Sequence record: SRR31156797_2530
DNA: 64,000 bases
Direction: 5' to 3' (one strand)
Position 1 is the stretch's first letter, and the number at the start of each line of letters is the position of its first letter. The notes beneath the pieces are model-generated. The model worked only from the letters and a program-made list of their open reading frames with translations. It had not been told where the DNA came from and did no database searches. Below, in pieces: positions 50,532 to 60,544 of the stretch. The position numbers were made by a program, and so were the translations under genes.

Positions 50532-51518
50532 TTATTTTGGTGCACGGTAGCCGGCAGCTTCCGCTTCAGCGATGGTTTTGAACCATTCTTTCGGGTTGGT
50601 AGTATCCTCGTAGTATTTAGATCCGGGCAAATGATAGATGCCACTTCTTGATCCTTTGATCAAACCGTTTCCTTGTTGATCGACATATTCTTTCTGTTTT
50701 TCCTCTGTTTCACTGCTTTGAGAAGTGGCTGTTGTCGTGTTGTTTTCACTACTTGTAGCATTCTCCGGCTGCGTCATATCTTCGTTGGAAATCTCGCTGC
50801 TACCATCCGCATAGTTGATTGTGACACCATCTTGGATGTTGAAGATATAATAGTTGAATTGGATCGTATCGTCGCCAATAGATTTGGCTTGCATCTGTAC
50901 CCCACGGGCAACCAGCTCGTCATCGCGATAGATCGGGGTGACGGAATATCGGACATAATGATTTTTATCTTGCTTGAGATAATAGTTGATATCCATTTCT
51001 AAGCGCAACATCTCGGGATTGTTCAACTGACTTGTCCCTGTGATCAGATTCTTCCAGTTTGCATTTTCGCCAGCTAAAGCAAAGCCAATCAAGTGGGTTC
51101 GATTATATAAATATTTCCCATTGGGGAGCTGTTTATTACGCCAACCTGTCGGTTTCACACTGGAAATATCGCCACGCTTTTCCGTGGGCATCAAGGATTG
51201 ATTCAACATTGCTTCAGCAGAGGTCGCACGATTGAGGTGATCGAGGTCGCCGTATGCTTCCCAGGCGCCATTTTCAAGGGAAAGATCATCTTCTGAAAAC
51301 TCAGGAATGTTCTGATTGACTTCAATCGTTTGGGTGCCTTGGTAAGTTAACTGTGCCAGCTCATCTGCACGAATATCCTTAGCAGAAGTGACTGCCACTT
51401 CTGATGATGGTGTTTTGTGATTTGGGAATAGATCATTACTGTGTAGGAAACTAAATCCGACTGCTGCGAGTGCGAGAAGCGCAGTGACCGATCCGATAAA
51501 TGTTTTTTTCTTTGCCAT
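50532..51518 (-). CDS. Exported DNA/RNA non-specific endonuclease (EndA-like)
   Basis: N-terminal hydrophobic anchor; [30 protein letters not shown]-terminal [22 protein letters not shown]. Confidence 0.9.
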   Translation of the reverse strand: MAKKKTFIGSVTALLALAAVGFSFLHSNDLFPNHKTPSSEVAVTSAKDIRADELAQLTYQGTQTIEVNQNIPEFSEDDLSLENGAWEAYGDLDHLNRATSAEAMLNQSLMPTEKRGDISSVKPTGWRNKQLPNGKYLYNRTHLIGFALAGENANWKNLITGTSQLNNPEMLRLEMDINYYLKQDKNHYVRYSVTPIYRDDELVARGVQMQAKSIGDDTIQFNYYIFNIQDGVTINYADGSSEISNEDMTQPENATSSENNTTTATSQSSETEEKQKEYVDQQGNGLIKGSRSGIYHLPGSKYYEDTTNPKEWFKTIAEAEAAGYRAPK

Positions 51519-51743
51519 CTTTTTTTGCCTCTCTTTTCATTGATGTATAGTTAGCATAAACGGGGAGTAAAAAAACTGCAACCCATTCATCATACCATTT
51601 GCATGGAGCGTTTTACAGAACTTTCAGGTTTCTTTTGCTTTTTGATCTCAAATGTTCTTAACCCACTTTCTTTACCAAGGGAACATGCCTGAATGGTTTT
51701 TTTTATTTGCAAGTCAAATTTTTCATGTTTTAAAAAAACTATG

Positions 51744-51927
51744 TGATATAATGAATAAAGTTGTTGCTATTTCCCTTTGATGCTTGTTTTAATAACAGGC
51801 ATCTCCAGCTGCGGAACGAAATTTCAGCTGTATAGCACGCAACCTTCAAACGAAAGAAATCTGGACAATTTTCTGAACGATTTCCTTTCTTTCTTTGAGC
51901 AAAATTACAGGAGAAGGAGTGTATCCC
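51744..51927 (+). promoter_or_regulatory. Extended -10 promoter and structured 5' leader of mgtE
   Basis: TGATATAAT at 51744-51752; three nested stems at 51760-51843; further hairpin at 51846-51898. Confidence 0.55.
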
Positions 51928-53292
51928 ATGAACCAGCAAGAAACCATCTTACATTATTTAAATCAGAAAGACTCTGAAAAATTAAAAGAACTCGTATCAG
52001 GAATGGAAGAGCTGCCGCTGTTACAATTGTTCAGCAATTTATCCGCGGATGAAAAAGTGATCGTTTTCCGACTATTACCGAAAGATAAAGCACTTATCCT
52101 GTTTGAAGATTTGACACCAGCTACACAACAACACTTATTACGCTCTTTCACCGATGAACGGGCAACCGAGTTTGTGAACGAAATGGCACCAGATGTCCGG
52201 GTAAGACTCTTGGATGAGTTGCCAGCGACCGTAACACAAAAACTTTTACAATCAATGGCACCGGATGAACGTGCTGCAACAAACCTCTTATTAGGGTATG
52301 AGGCTGAGACTGCTGGACGTTTGATGACACCGGAATTCATCACATTGAAAAAAGATATGACGGTCAATCAAGCGTTAGAAAAAGTGCGAATGCAAGCCAA
52401 AGAAAAAGAAACGATTTATACGCTTTATGTTACTGATCAAACGAAAACATTAGAAGGTGTTTTGTCACTGAAAGATCTCTTAATGGCGCAAGGGGATCAA
52501 CTCATCAGTGAAATCATGTCCCAAAAAGTTATTTATGTTACCACGGACACGGACCAGGAAGAAGCGGCACGTTTGCTAAATGAACTAGATATCATTGCGC
52601 TACCAGTCGTAGACAAGGAATCGCGAATCGTTGGGATCATCACTGTCGATGACGCCATCGATGTCATCGAGCAAGAAACGACAGAAGACATGTTTAATGC
52701 CGCTGGTTTAGTCGATGTTGCTTCTAATGAAGCAGACCGTAGTAACGTTCTGATCAACGGCACCCTTTGGCAAATTTGGAAAGTCCGATTGCCGTTCCTA
52801 GTGATCACTTTGGTTGCCGGTCTTTTAGCTGGGGTAGTCATTGATGAATTTGAACAAACATTGGAATCGGTGGCAGCCGTTGCGATTTTTATCCCTTTGA
52901 TCATGGATATGGGTGGAAACGTTGGTACACAGTCCTCAACTGTTTTTGTTCGCGGGATGTCATTAGGGCATATTGATCTTTCGACCTTCACTCGCCATTT
53001 CTTTAAAGAAGTTTGGATCGGCTTAAGTCTAGGTTTGATCGTAGGGGTCATCTCTGGGGCTGCTGCATCACTTTGGCAAGGAATCCCGATGTTAGGTGTG
53101 GCTGTTGGTATTTCGTTAGTTTTTGCCATGACCTTAGCCGCAGCACTTGGCTTCTTAGTCCCGTTTGTACTGATTAAACTAAACATCGACCAAGCAGCCG
53201 GTTCGGCACCGATCATCACATCGATCAAAGATATCGCCGGCTTGTTTATCTACTTCGTTTCAGTAAATGTTCTTTTGGGTCATTTGCTTTAG
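51928..53292 (+). CDS. mgtE: Magnesium transporter MgtE
   Basis: ETAGRLMTPEF, CBS pair, GIITVDD, RLPFL, MGGNVGTQS, APIITSIKD. Confidence 0.95.
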   Translation: MNQQETILHYLNQKDSEKLKELVSGMEELPLLQLFSNLSADEKVIVFRLLPKDKALILFEDLTPATQQHLLRSFTDERATEFVNEMAPDVRVRLLDELPATVTQKLLQSMAPDERAATNLLLGYEAETAGRLMTPEFITLKKDMTVNQALEKVRMQAKEKETIYTLYVTDQTKTLEGVLSLKDLLMAQGDQLISEIMSQKVIYVTTDTDQEEAARLLNELDIIALPVVDKESRIVGIITVDDAIDVIEQETTEDMFNAAGLVDVASNEADRSNVLINGTLWQIWKVRLPFLVITLVAGLLAGVVIDEFEQTLESVAAVAIFIPLIMDMGGNVGTQSSTVFVRGMSLGHIDLSTFTRHFFKEVWIGLSLGLIVGVISGAAASLWQGIPMLGVAVGISLVFAMTLAAALGFLVPFVLIKLNIDQAAGSAPIITSIKDIAGLFIYFVSVNVLLGHLL

Positions 53293-53365
53293 CATACTGT
53301 CCGTTCCGGTGGTATAATAAAGCGACATCACATGATGAGCACAACATAGAAAGGGGAAATGTCTT

Positions 53366-53413
53366 ATGACAAATCAAATGAAGCAACATCAACTCGGAGG
53401 TTTCTCTTTTTAA
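53366..53413 (+). CDS. Putative leader peptide MTNQMKQHQLGGFSF
   Basis: RBS GAAAGGGG upstream; follows extended -10 TGGTATAAT; its 3' part can pair with an anti-SD sequence. Confidence 0.55.
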   Translation: MTNQMKQHQLGGFSF

Positions 53414-53444
53414 GTGCGGCCTCCTAACTAACTGGAGGGAAATC

Positions 53445-54386
53445 ATGGAAAAACAAGGAATTGTGGTCTTTCAGGCCAAAGATATTGCAAAAGTCCGCTT
53501 GACCACAGGAGAAGAATGTTTAGCAACGGTTTCAGGAAAATTTCGCCAACAGGCACTAGCGCCAAAGGATTATCCGATCGTTGGTGATTTTGTACAAGGA
53601 CAGGTGTACGATCAAGATCATTTCTTGATTGATGCTTTGCTGCCACGAAAAAGTTTTTTACAACGAAAAGTAGCTGGAAATCGCACGGACGAGCAAGGCA
53701 TTGCGGCGAACATCGACACAGTTTTTATTGCAACTAGTGCCAATGAAGAATTCAATTTGGCTCGGTTAGAGCGCTTTGTAACGATCGCTTGGGACAGTGG
53801 GGCTAATCCGGTGATTCTCTTGACCAAAGCCGATCAAGTTACTGCTGATAAAAAAGCAGAGCTGCTGCAAGCATTAAACGATGCATTTGGTGTGAAAACA
53901 TTTGCTACGTCCATTTTTGAACCAAACGAATTGCTGATGGAAACGTATTTTTCTGACGGACAGATCAGCGCATTTATCGGTTCATCTGGGGTCGGAAAGT
54001 CCAGCTTATTAAATCAGCTTATGGCGCAAGACGTTCAAAAAACCAATGACATACGAGAGGATAGTCGAGGACGACACACGACGACGAGTCGCCAGTTGTT
54101 CACTCTGTCCTCTGGCGCAATGATCATTGATACTCCTGGCATGCGGGAAGTTGGCATCAGTACCGTCCGGTCAGCTTCGATCGACCAATCCTTTGAAGCG
54201 ATCAGCCAGTATGCTGAAGGTTGTTTTTTCAGAGACTGTCGTCATGAAACAGAACCGAAATGCGCGGTCAAAGCGGCCATTGCTGCCGGTGAACTTTCAG
54301 AAGAAGCTTTCGCCCGCTATCGTAAAATGGAAAAAGAACTGGCGTATTTGAAGCGAAAAGAACAGATCAAAGAATTGAAAAAGTAA
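53445..54386 (+). CDS. rsgA: Ribosome small subunit-dependent GTPase RsgA paralog
   Basis: VGDFV, LTKAD, GSSGVGKS, GRHTTT, IDTPG, CFFRDCRH..EP.C zinc finger. Confidence 0.92.
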   Translation: MEKQGIVVFQAKDIAKVRLTTGEECLATVSGKFRQQALAPKDYPIVGDFVQGQVYDQDHFLIDALLPRKSFLQRKVAGNRTDEQGIAANIDTVFIATSANEEFNLARLERFVTIAWDSGANPVILLTKADQVTADKKAELLQALNDAFGVKTFATSIFEPNELLMETYFSDGQISAFIGSSGVGKSSLLNQLMAQDVQKTNDIREDSRGRHTTTSRQLFTLSSGAMIIDTPGMREVGISTVRSASIDQSFEAISQYAEGCFFRDCRHETEPKCAVKAAIAAGELSEEAFARYRKMEKELAYLKRKEQIKELKK

Positions 54387-54391
54387 AAGTT

Positions 54392-54423
54392 AGCACTCCT
54401 TTCTTTAAGAGGAGTGCTTTTTT
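54392..54423 (+). terminator. rsgA terminator
   Basis: AGCACTCCT-loop-AGGAGTGCT-TTTTT. Confidence 0.8.
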
Positions 54424-54699
54424 GTACGTGTTAAGAGAGTCTTGTTGAGTAAAGAAGAGGGACGTAGACAATGTCCTTGTGTTTTCACGAAAAGTCGGCC
54501 AATTCCACTGGGCACTACATGCTAAATGGTTGAACTAAGCTAAGAACGCCTGTCTGGTTGAAAGCTACCGTCAAGAAAGTCAGTATAAAAAAACACAGTG
54601 GGGTGTTTTCCCACTGTGTTTTGAGCAATGATTTGCCCCTGCCAAGGTATTTCAAGTATAAAGCGTTGATTCTTAAATAGCAACTCGAAAAAAATCGCC

Positions 54700-55053
54700 T
54701 CATTCAGCAGAGCGCAGAATTTTCGTCATGGCTTTTCCTTTCGCCAGTTCATCGATCAGTTTATCTAGATAACGAATTTCTTGGACCATTGGCTCTTCGA
54801 TCTCTTCTACCCGAATGCCGCAAATGACACCAGTGATCTGCTTTCGTGCGGGATTGAGCTGAGGGGCTTGACTAAAAAAACGTTCAAAAGAAAGCTCTTC
54901 ATTCATCTGTTGCAGCGTTTCTTGGTCATAACCGGTCAGCCAGGTAATAATCTGATCCACTTCTTCTTTTGTTCGATTTTTCCGCTCTGCTTTGGCAATA
55001 TATAGGGGATAGACTTTCGCGAAACTCATTTGGGTGATCTTTTGATTTTTCAT
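54700..55053 (-). CDS. DUF2200 family protein
   Basis: [48 protein letters not shown]. Confidence 0.9.
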   Translation of the reverse strand: MKNQKITQMSFAKVYPLYIAKAERKNRTKEEVDQIITWLTGYDQETLQQMNEELSFERFFSQAPQLNPARKQITGVICGIRVEEIEEPMVQEIRYLDKLIDELAKGKAMTKILRSAE

Positions 55054-55149
55054 GATATACTCCTTTAGTCTTTACACAAAGTATACTTTATTTTCTTCGT
55101 TTTGCCGAGATTTTCGACACTTGTTGTGTGCCAAAAATAGGCGAGGGGA

Positions 55150-55437
55150 CTAAAGAATGATCTTTTCTTCTTGTTCACGAAACCCTAGAACTTTTTGACG
55201 TGACTCGCCATCCCAATAGAGTAAGTCCAAATTCTTATGCAGCATTAGCTGTGTATATAATTCTTTCAGCGTCAGAGCGGGTTTTTTTGGTTCAAAAAAT
55301 AAAATCAATTGGTTATGGCTATCTTGGGCGATCGTCGTAAAAGGAATCAGGTTTTCTTTGTAAGTTAAATAAATTCCTTGGTAATCTGCTGCACTCGACG
55401 ACGTTGTCAGTGCTGTCAAGAGGTCTCTTGCTCTCAT
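55150..55437 (-). CDS. Hypothetical protein, third gene of SOS operon
   Basis: Start overlaps the upstream stop (ATGA coupling). Confidence 0.7.
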   Translation of the reverse strand: MRARDLLTALTTSSSAADYQGIYLTYKENLIPFTTIAQDSHNQLILFFEPKKPALTLKELYTQLMLHKNLDLLYWDGESRQKVLGFREQEEKIIL

Positions 55438-55712
55438 AATGAACCCGCCTTTACTGTTTTTTGTCGATAGGCATCGATATCCAACATGATTTTCGTTTTG
55501 CCGTACACCGTATACTTTTGCACCACGAATTGACGGCGCTTATTCCAATAGCCGCCCACGGTTAGAAACATACCGTCATCAACATCCCCTAAAAAATTCA
55601 AACTGTGTTTCGCAATCAAACAGTTGGTGGTACCTAGTGTAAAGCGGACCAAAGGGGAGGGGGCAAAGGAGACGATTCTTATTTTTGAGACAGATCCTTT
55701 TTGTGTTTCCAT
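55434..55712 (-). CDS. Small basic beta-rich protein (possible OB fold)
   Basis: RBS AAGGAGG; G.VSKIR..PLVRFTL..CLIA..G.WNKRRQFVV. Confidence 0.75.
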   Translation of the reverse strand: METQKGSVSKIRIVSFAPSPLVRFTLGTTNCLIAKHSLNFLGDVDDGMFLTVGGYWNKRRQFVVQKYTVYGKTKIMLDIDAYRQKTVKAGSL

Positions 55713-55748
55713 CAGGTATTCCTCCTTTAGTAAGTAGTAAAAAGCGGA

Positions 55749-56117
55749 TCATTCGTTGAGATCAAACCATTTTTTCTCTTCATAAAAAGCAACGTGACGA
55801 ATCTCATCATAATGGATTTTTTCCGTTGTTTCTCCCGTCAAATAAATACCTAATGGGTCATAACCGCTGATTTTCCCGATAATATCTGGAGGATAGCCGC
55901 CTTCTTCATTAACTTCTTCTCGTTGGATCGCCACAGTTAGGTTCTTTTTCATGGCTTCAAATAAACACTGATTGATTTCTTCCGTTGTGAGTGACGGCTT
56001 AGGTGGACAATCAAACTTACGTGTCGGTTCCTCTTCAATTTCAGTTGTATGCTCAGATAAAAAGAATCCTTGCCACTTTAGCTTTTTTCGATCTTCATAT
56101 GGTTGTAGCATACCCAT
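55749..56117 (-). CDS. YolD-like protein
   Basis: YEDR..LKWQGFFLSEHT, KP.L..EEI...L, G.ISG; RBS GAGGTG. Confidence 0.8.
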   Translation of the reverse strand: MGMLQPYEDRKKLKWQGFFLSEHTTEIEEEPTRKFDCPPKPSLTTEEINQCLFEAMKKNLTVAIQREEVNEEGGYPPDIIGKISGYDPLGIYLTGETTEKIHYDEIRHVAFYEEKKWFDLNE

Positions 56118-56143
56118 AGCAATCACCTCTTATCTATATAATA

Positions 56144-56157
56144 CAAACATACGTTCT
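56144..56157 (-). promoter_or_regulatory. LexA (SOS) box
   Basis: Minus strand AGAACGTATGTTTG between -35 TTTACA and -10 TATTAT. Confidence 0.8.
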
Positions 56158-56330
56158 CTTTTGTAAAGCGAACAGATTTTTAAATTTCTGATTCTTCTAT
56201 GAAACATCTAAAAAGGGCATCAAACAAGGGGCTAGTGGTGGGTATCGTTTTTTTGCACTATATCTGTTATAATTTATCCTGAAGCGACGATGAACGATTT
56301 GGAAAATAGCTGGCGAAAAAGGAGAATAGT

Positions 56331-56717
56331 ATGTCTGGATTAATCGTGGTCCTGCTTACGATCTACTTTGCAAGTAGGAAAGATAAAGAACAGTGGCTTT
56401 TTGATCGCAAACGATTGACTATTCTGGCGCTTATGTTTGTGATCGTCGGCATAAGTTGGGGCTTAAATGACAAAATAATGAAGGATCCTCTGAACCAAAA
56501 TATTAGAAGTAATTTACTGTTTAATTATTCGTTTCCCTTATTGATATGTATGCTAGGTTTATTTATCAAAGAAATACCACGTTGGGGACGGATCGTGACT
56601 TTGTCATTTGGCTTTATGATTTTCGGGTATTTAGCTTTGCACTATTTGATAGGTTTTCACAACCCGTATTGGGAAAATCTACAGCTAAGTCCATTGTATT
56701 GGCTGCCAAGTGACTAG
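56331..56717 (+). CDS. Membrane protein
   Basis: RBS AAGGAG; four hydrophobic segments. Confidence 0.7.
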   Translation: MSGLIVVLLTIYFASRKDKEQWLFDRKRLTILALMFVIVGISWGLNDKIMKDPLNQNIRSNLLFNYSFPLLICMLGLFIKEIPRWGRIVTLSFGFMIFGYLALHYLIGFHNPYWENLQLSPLYWLPSD

Positions 56718-56877
56718 CCATACGAAAGTATCGCCAATGGAAACGCAAAAAAGCACTCCCTTTATTGAGTGCTTTTTTGCGGCTAAATAACTGCAGCAAG
56801 GTGTTTCTTTTCCCAAAAAAATAGGTTAGACCTAAGTAACGAGGGGATCATATAAGGAGAAGTCATGACTGTTTAAA

Positions 56878-57288
56878 TCAAAACGATTGATTCTTGACTA
56901 AACCGTGTCTTTTGATCATTGCCAAAGTAAAATATGCGATGAGCGTTCCTGCAATACCAAAAAGTAAATCGATTCGATCAGGGGTGTTCATAAAGCCAAA
57001 GACAGTCTCGCTCAATAGATTGGCAATGAGTAAGAGCAGGGTCAATAGCGTGACGGCTTTAAATGGCGCACCTACGAGAAGCCAAAAGTACCCCAGTAAG
57101 CCAATAATCAAACTAATCGAAAAATTGGAGATATGAAGATAAAAGTCAGCATACCTCGAAGTAAAGAAAGAAATGTCCAAGTACTTTGATAAATAGAGGA
57201 AAAGGGCTGTGAACACGAAAAGTAAGTAGAGGAGTGACGCCCATAGCTTTGGTAAAAAGGCTAGCTTTAATTGATTATTCGTTTTCAT
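56878..57288 (-). CDS. Membrane protein
   Basis: RBS AAGGAG; four TM; HISNFSIS and NTPD.IDL motifs. Confidence 0.75.
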   Translation of the reverse strand: MKTNNQLKLAFLPKLWASLLYLLFVFTALFLYLSKYLDISFFTSRYADFYLHISNFSISLIIGLLGYFWLLVGAPFKAVTLLTLLLLIANLLSETVFGFMNTPDRIDLLFGIAGTLIAYFTLAMIKRHGLVKNQSF

Positions 57289-57422
57289 TTTTATTCTCCT
57301 TTTTAGGAATTGTCAGCCATACTTATGAAATTGCTTTTATCGGGTATTAATTACACAAATGGAAAAACAAGCTGCAGACTAGGCAAATCAGTAGTCTGCC
57401 TAAAATGAGTTGAGGTGATAAA

Positions 57423-57701
57423 ATGACAATAATAAACAATGAGCGATTATGGTTAGGCTTAGGGGTAGAAATTATTTTGCTCATATCATTCAGCATGATT
57501 ATGTATTTCATCCTGACTAGTGGCAATTTGAAGCAAAGTCCGTTCACCAGTCAACGAAATGGAAAAATAAGCTTCTGGATAGCTGCTGGTTTGATTTTAC
57601 TTGCCAACGAAATATCCTAAGTTATCTACCTGATTTTAGGGTTCTTTTTTATAGAATCATGTAACGGGTATTTGTTAGCATTTGCAACATCTAAGCACTA
57701 G
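57423..57701 (+). pseudogene. Decayed membrane protein gene
   Basis: RBS GAGGTG; hydrophobic frame continues past TAA 57618-57620 (VIYLILGFFFIE..YLLAFA) to TAG 57701. Confidence 0.5.
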
Positions 57702-58083
57702 TGTTAGAACTTTGAAACGGATTGGCTATATATGAATAAAGTTCGAGAAAAAAGCTCAAAGATTTTCAAAATGATTATAGCATACAATCAAACCGATTGG
57801 TTCGTAAATCAAGGCTAAGGCTGATAGCTTGAATCTGTATTTGCTGAGATAAAGAAAGTAGGACGACGAATCCGCAAGTACTTGCTACCAGACAGTTATC
57901 AATCTGTTAATCAGCAAATCAAAAAAAGAATCTGAAGAACATGTAAAACAAGAAATTCTTAGTTTTAATTGAATTTTAGGTGCATTAGCGACAATCTACT
58001 GATAAAAGTCATTCGGAGGGAGGTAAAATGATACAAAATTGTTTTGAACTATTTAGAATGGCACGAACCCTTTTTTGAATGTA

Positions 58084-58121
<38 letters not shown>

Positions 58122-58924
58122 ATTTTTTAAACACCGTATTTAGCTAGTAATTGTGCGACTCTCCTCTCTCTTATTCATGATTATTTCCTTCAAATTAACC
58201 TAAATAGCAGCATAATCCAAAAAAACGGTTATTTAAGCGATAGTTTAAGATTTTTGTTTATTTTACGACTGACAAGAAAATCAATTGACAAATTATATCT
58301 GTACCTTTGTCTGTATTTGATCTTGTTGATCCTTTAATCTTTGAATTCAAACATTGCTTGCAACTGCTAGCCAATCTCAATGAATCACTCAGCGCTTAAT
58401 GAATCGCTGTTCACGATTTTATCAGTAGTGATTCGTACATAACCCAGCCAAATTTGTGCTAACTAAATAGCCTAATGGGAATCTTGATCACAGGCAAACC
58501 AGCAACGATAAACAAGAAAAGTTGAGTTGCGTTCAGTTTTCACCTAAACGGATCCAATTCCCATAGCGAGTCCTAATCAAGGGATCACAGTCATCTAAGT
58601 ACAATTTTCTTTTTGTTGCTGCTAATAAAGCAATGACAGCTACGGAAAGTTTCAAACTATGTAATACAGGATCGCCGAAAAGACAATGATCAAAACGACC
58701 AAAACAATGATTAGTTGATTTAAACGTCGAATAAGCAGGTTTTTCTTATTTTTTTCAAATTCTTTTCCTTCATTTCGATAATATTCTCTATCTTTTGTTC
58801 CCACGAGCGCCAACTCCTTTTCCCTGATTTTATCACTATCCTGAAAACAATGGGTGCAATCAAGGTGTTTTGTACAATAAATGGCAGTATTTTGTTAGAG
58901 CTTACCATCGTATACGTATAGAGA

Positions 58925-59773
58925 CTAAATAAGACGACTGACGAGTTCTAAGTGATTCATAACCGCAGCTTTCCGAATAACGCCCATACCTGGAAACGAC
59001 CTTTGCTGATAGGCAGCAACTAATAGCTGCAGCCCAGCTGTTTGTGTAGGATACTCTTCTTCATGCTGTAACAAAGCTTCCATGACTTCGAAAAACTTTT
59101 CTTTCTGATTTGGTAATTCTTCCTCAGAAAATAAGTGAACGATTCGCAAATCTTGCTCAGTTGTCGGATAGATCCAATGCAAAACCAACCGCTTTGAGGG
59201 ATAACTGTGCTCATAATAAATTTTGCTATCGACAGAAAAATCACTAAACCCAGCATAACCCAATTTTTGATAAAGATGATGGGTTTTTGAAAACCCTTCG
59301 TCCGGACATTCTGTATAAAAACTATTTTTAGGTAAACGGGTAAACGGATCTTCCATCAGTAGTTTCGGGCCGTTGATTTTATTTAACAAACGAAACTCTT
59401 TGCCTACCAGCACCGGCAGTGTATTTTCCCGCCAATCACTAGCGAGTGCTGGGTCCGCTTGATGAACGATCCAAAGATCAGGCGTTTCTTCCACTGTTTC
59501 AATGGGTCGATCTACGATCATTGCTTTAGGGGCAGCAACATTTTGCAACTCTGCTAACCCCTCTGCAGTCAGAAAAGCCCCAGCCTGTGGATTGCGAACA
59601 AGATAAAAAGGATGCTGCTTCCTTTGAAACAGGTCAATGGTCGTCCAAAACGTTTTTGATTGCTTGACCGGTTCAATGATCGGCTGGATCGCTTCTGACA
59701 AGCGATCTTGTTCCAACAGTGCTTTCAACGCCAATAAATCAAATTGTTTTCCACGAATATACGGGAAGTACAT
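58925..59773 (-). CDS. sce7725-family-like protein
   Basis: MYFPYIRGKQFDLLAL, PIIEPV, D.F....N..Y, GYAGFSDF, FPGMG..RK....HLEL. Confidence 0.8.
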   Translation of the reverse strand: MYFPYIRGKQFDLLALKALLEQDRLSEAIQPIIEPVKQSKTFWTTIDLFQRKQHPFYLVRNPQAGAFLTAEGLAELQNVAAPKAMIVDRPIETVEETPDLWIVHQADPALASDWRENTLPVLVGKEFRLLNKINGPKLLMEDPFTRLPKNSFYTECPDEGFSKTHHLYQKLGYAGFSDFSVDSKIYYEHSYPSKRLVLHWIYPTTEQDLRIVHLFSEEELPNQKEKFFEVMEALLQHEEEYPTQTAGLQLLVAAYQQRSFPGMGVIRKAAVMNHLELVSRLI

Positions 59774-59788
59774 CTTCTTCTCTCCTTC

Positions 59789-60457
59789 TTACTTGCCTGA
59801 TAAAAAACGTTTTTCCAGCGCTTCATAGGCTGCTCTCGTAGCGGCCAATTCTTCTTTCAAGGCTTCGATCGCTTGCAGCTGAGTATCTTCAATAAATCGA
59901 TCATAGTAATTGACTCCACCACCGAACAAGTCATACTCAGGCTGGCGTTTCTTCAGTTCTTGGTACAAACGTTCTGTTGAAAATACCCGCAATCCTCGAG
60001 CAGTCTGTTTTGCTTTGCCGACTTCTCTCGCTTGTGCCGAAATCAACCGAAACAATAAGCCATTTTCTGGAACCTGCAGCTCTTGCCGTTGGGGTTTCTT
60101 TTCGACACTGAAATACCCTTTGCTGCCCGTTTCTTTTTCAAGAAATGCATGATAGACCAAAACACCAATTGTAGGTGCAATCTGATCTTTGACTTTTTCA
60201 TACAATGACTTGGGTAAGACAAAATAATTATAATTCCCAATAAAGGATAGTTTTGCTTTTGAGCGAAAATCTGCCAAACTAACTTTGAGTTCGTAGCAAC
60301 GCCATTCAAATGTATTTTCAGTCGTCAAGCGACAACTCAAAGTATCCACGATGCCGTGATCATCTGGCATGACTACCTCTTCTACCACAATATCACTGTT
60401 TTCACGACAATAATAATAAAGTGCCTCTTCCATTTCTAAAGTTAAGGATGTCTTCAC
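59789..60457 (-). CDS. PD-(D/E)xK-type putative nuclease (MmcB-like)
   Basis: EEV..GIVD..CYELKVSLADF, NYFV.P, IGV; start moved to GTG 60457 because -10 TATAAT lies at 60487-60492. Confidence 0.7.
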   Translation of the reverse strand: MKTSLTLEMEEALYYYCRENSDIVVEEVVMPDDHGIVDTLSCRLTTENTFEWRCYELKVSLADFRSKAKLSFIGNYNYFVLPKSLYEKVKDQIAPTIGVLVYHAFLEKETGSKGYFSVEKKPQRQELQVPENGLLFRLISAQAREVGKAKQTARGLRVFSTERLYQELKKRQPEYDLFGGGVNYYDRFIEDTQLQAIEALKEELAATRAAYEALEKRFLSGK

Positions 60458-60491
60458 AAATTCACGACCTTTATCTTGTTTCACCTATTAT

Positions 60492-60505
60492 AAAACATAT
60501 GTTCG
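60492..60505 (-). promoter_or_regulatory. LexA (SOS) box
   Basis: Minus strand CGAACATATGTTTT directly adjoining a perfect -10 TATAAT. Confidence 0.85.
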
Positions 60506-60544
60506 CATTTTAAAAGAGGGAAATAAAAGCAACCTATCATCCCC

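Noticed and set aside
51760-51927. M-box riboswitch expected upstream of mgtE
   Set aside because: Conserved M-box sequence blocks not found; reported as an unclassified leader instead
52533-53228. 231-aa antisense ORF
   Set aside because: Shadow of the mgtE TM-coding region; no RBS or recognizable motif
58720-58908. 62-aa minus-strand ORF after the sce7725-like gene
   Set aside because: No clear RBS or motif; lies in the decayed dif flank
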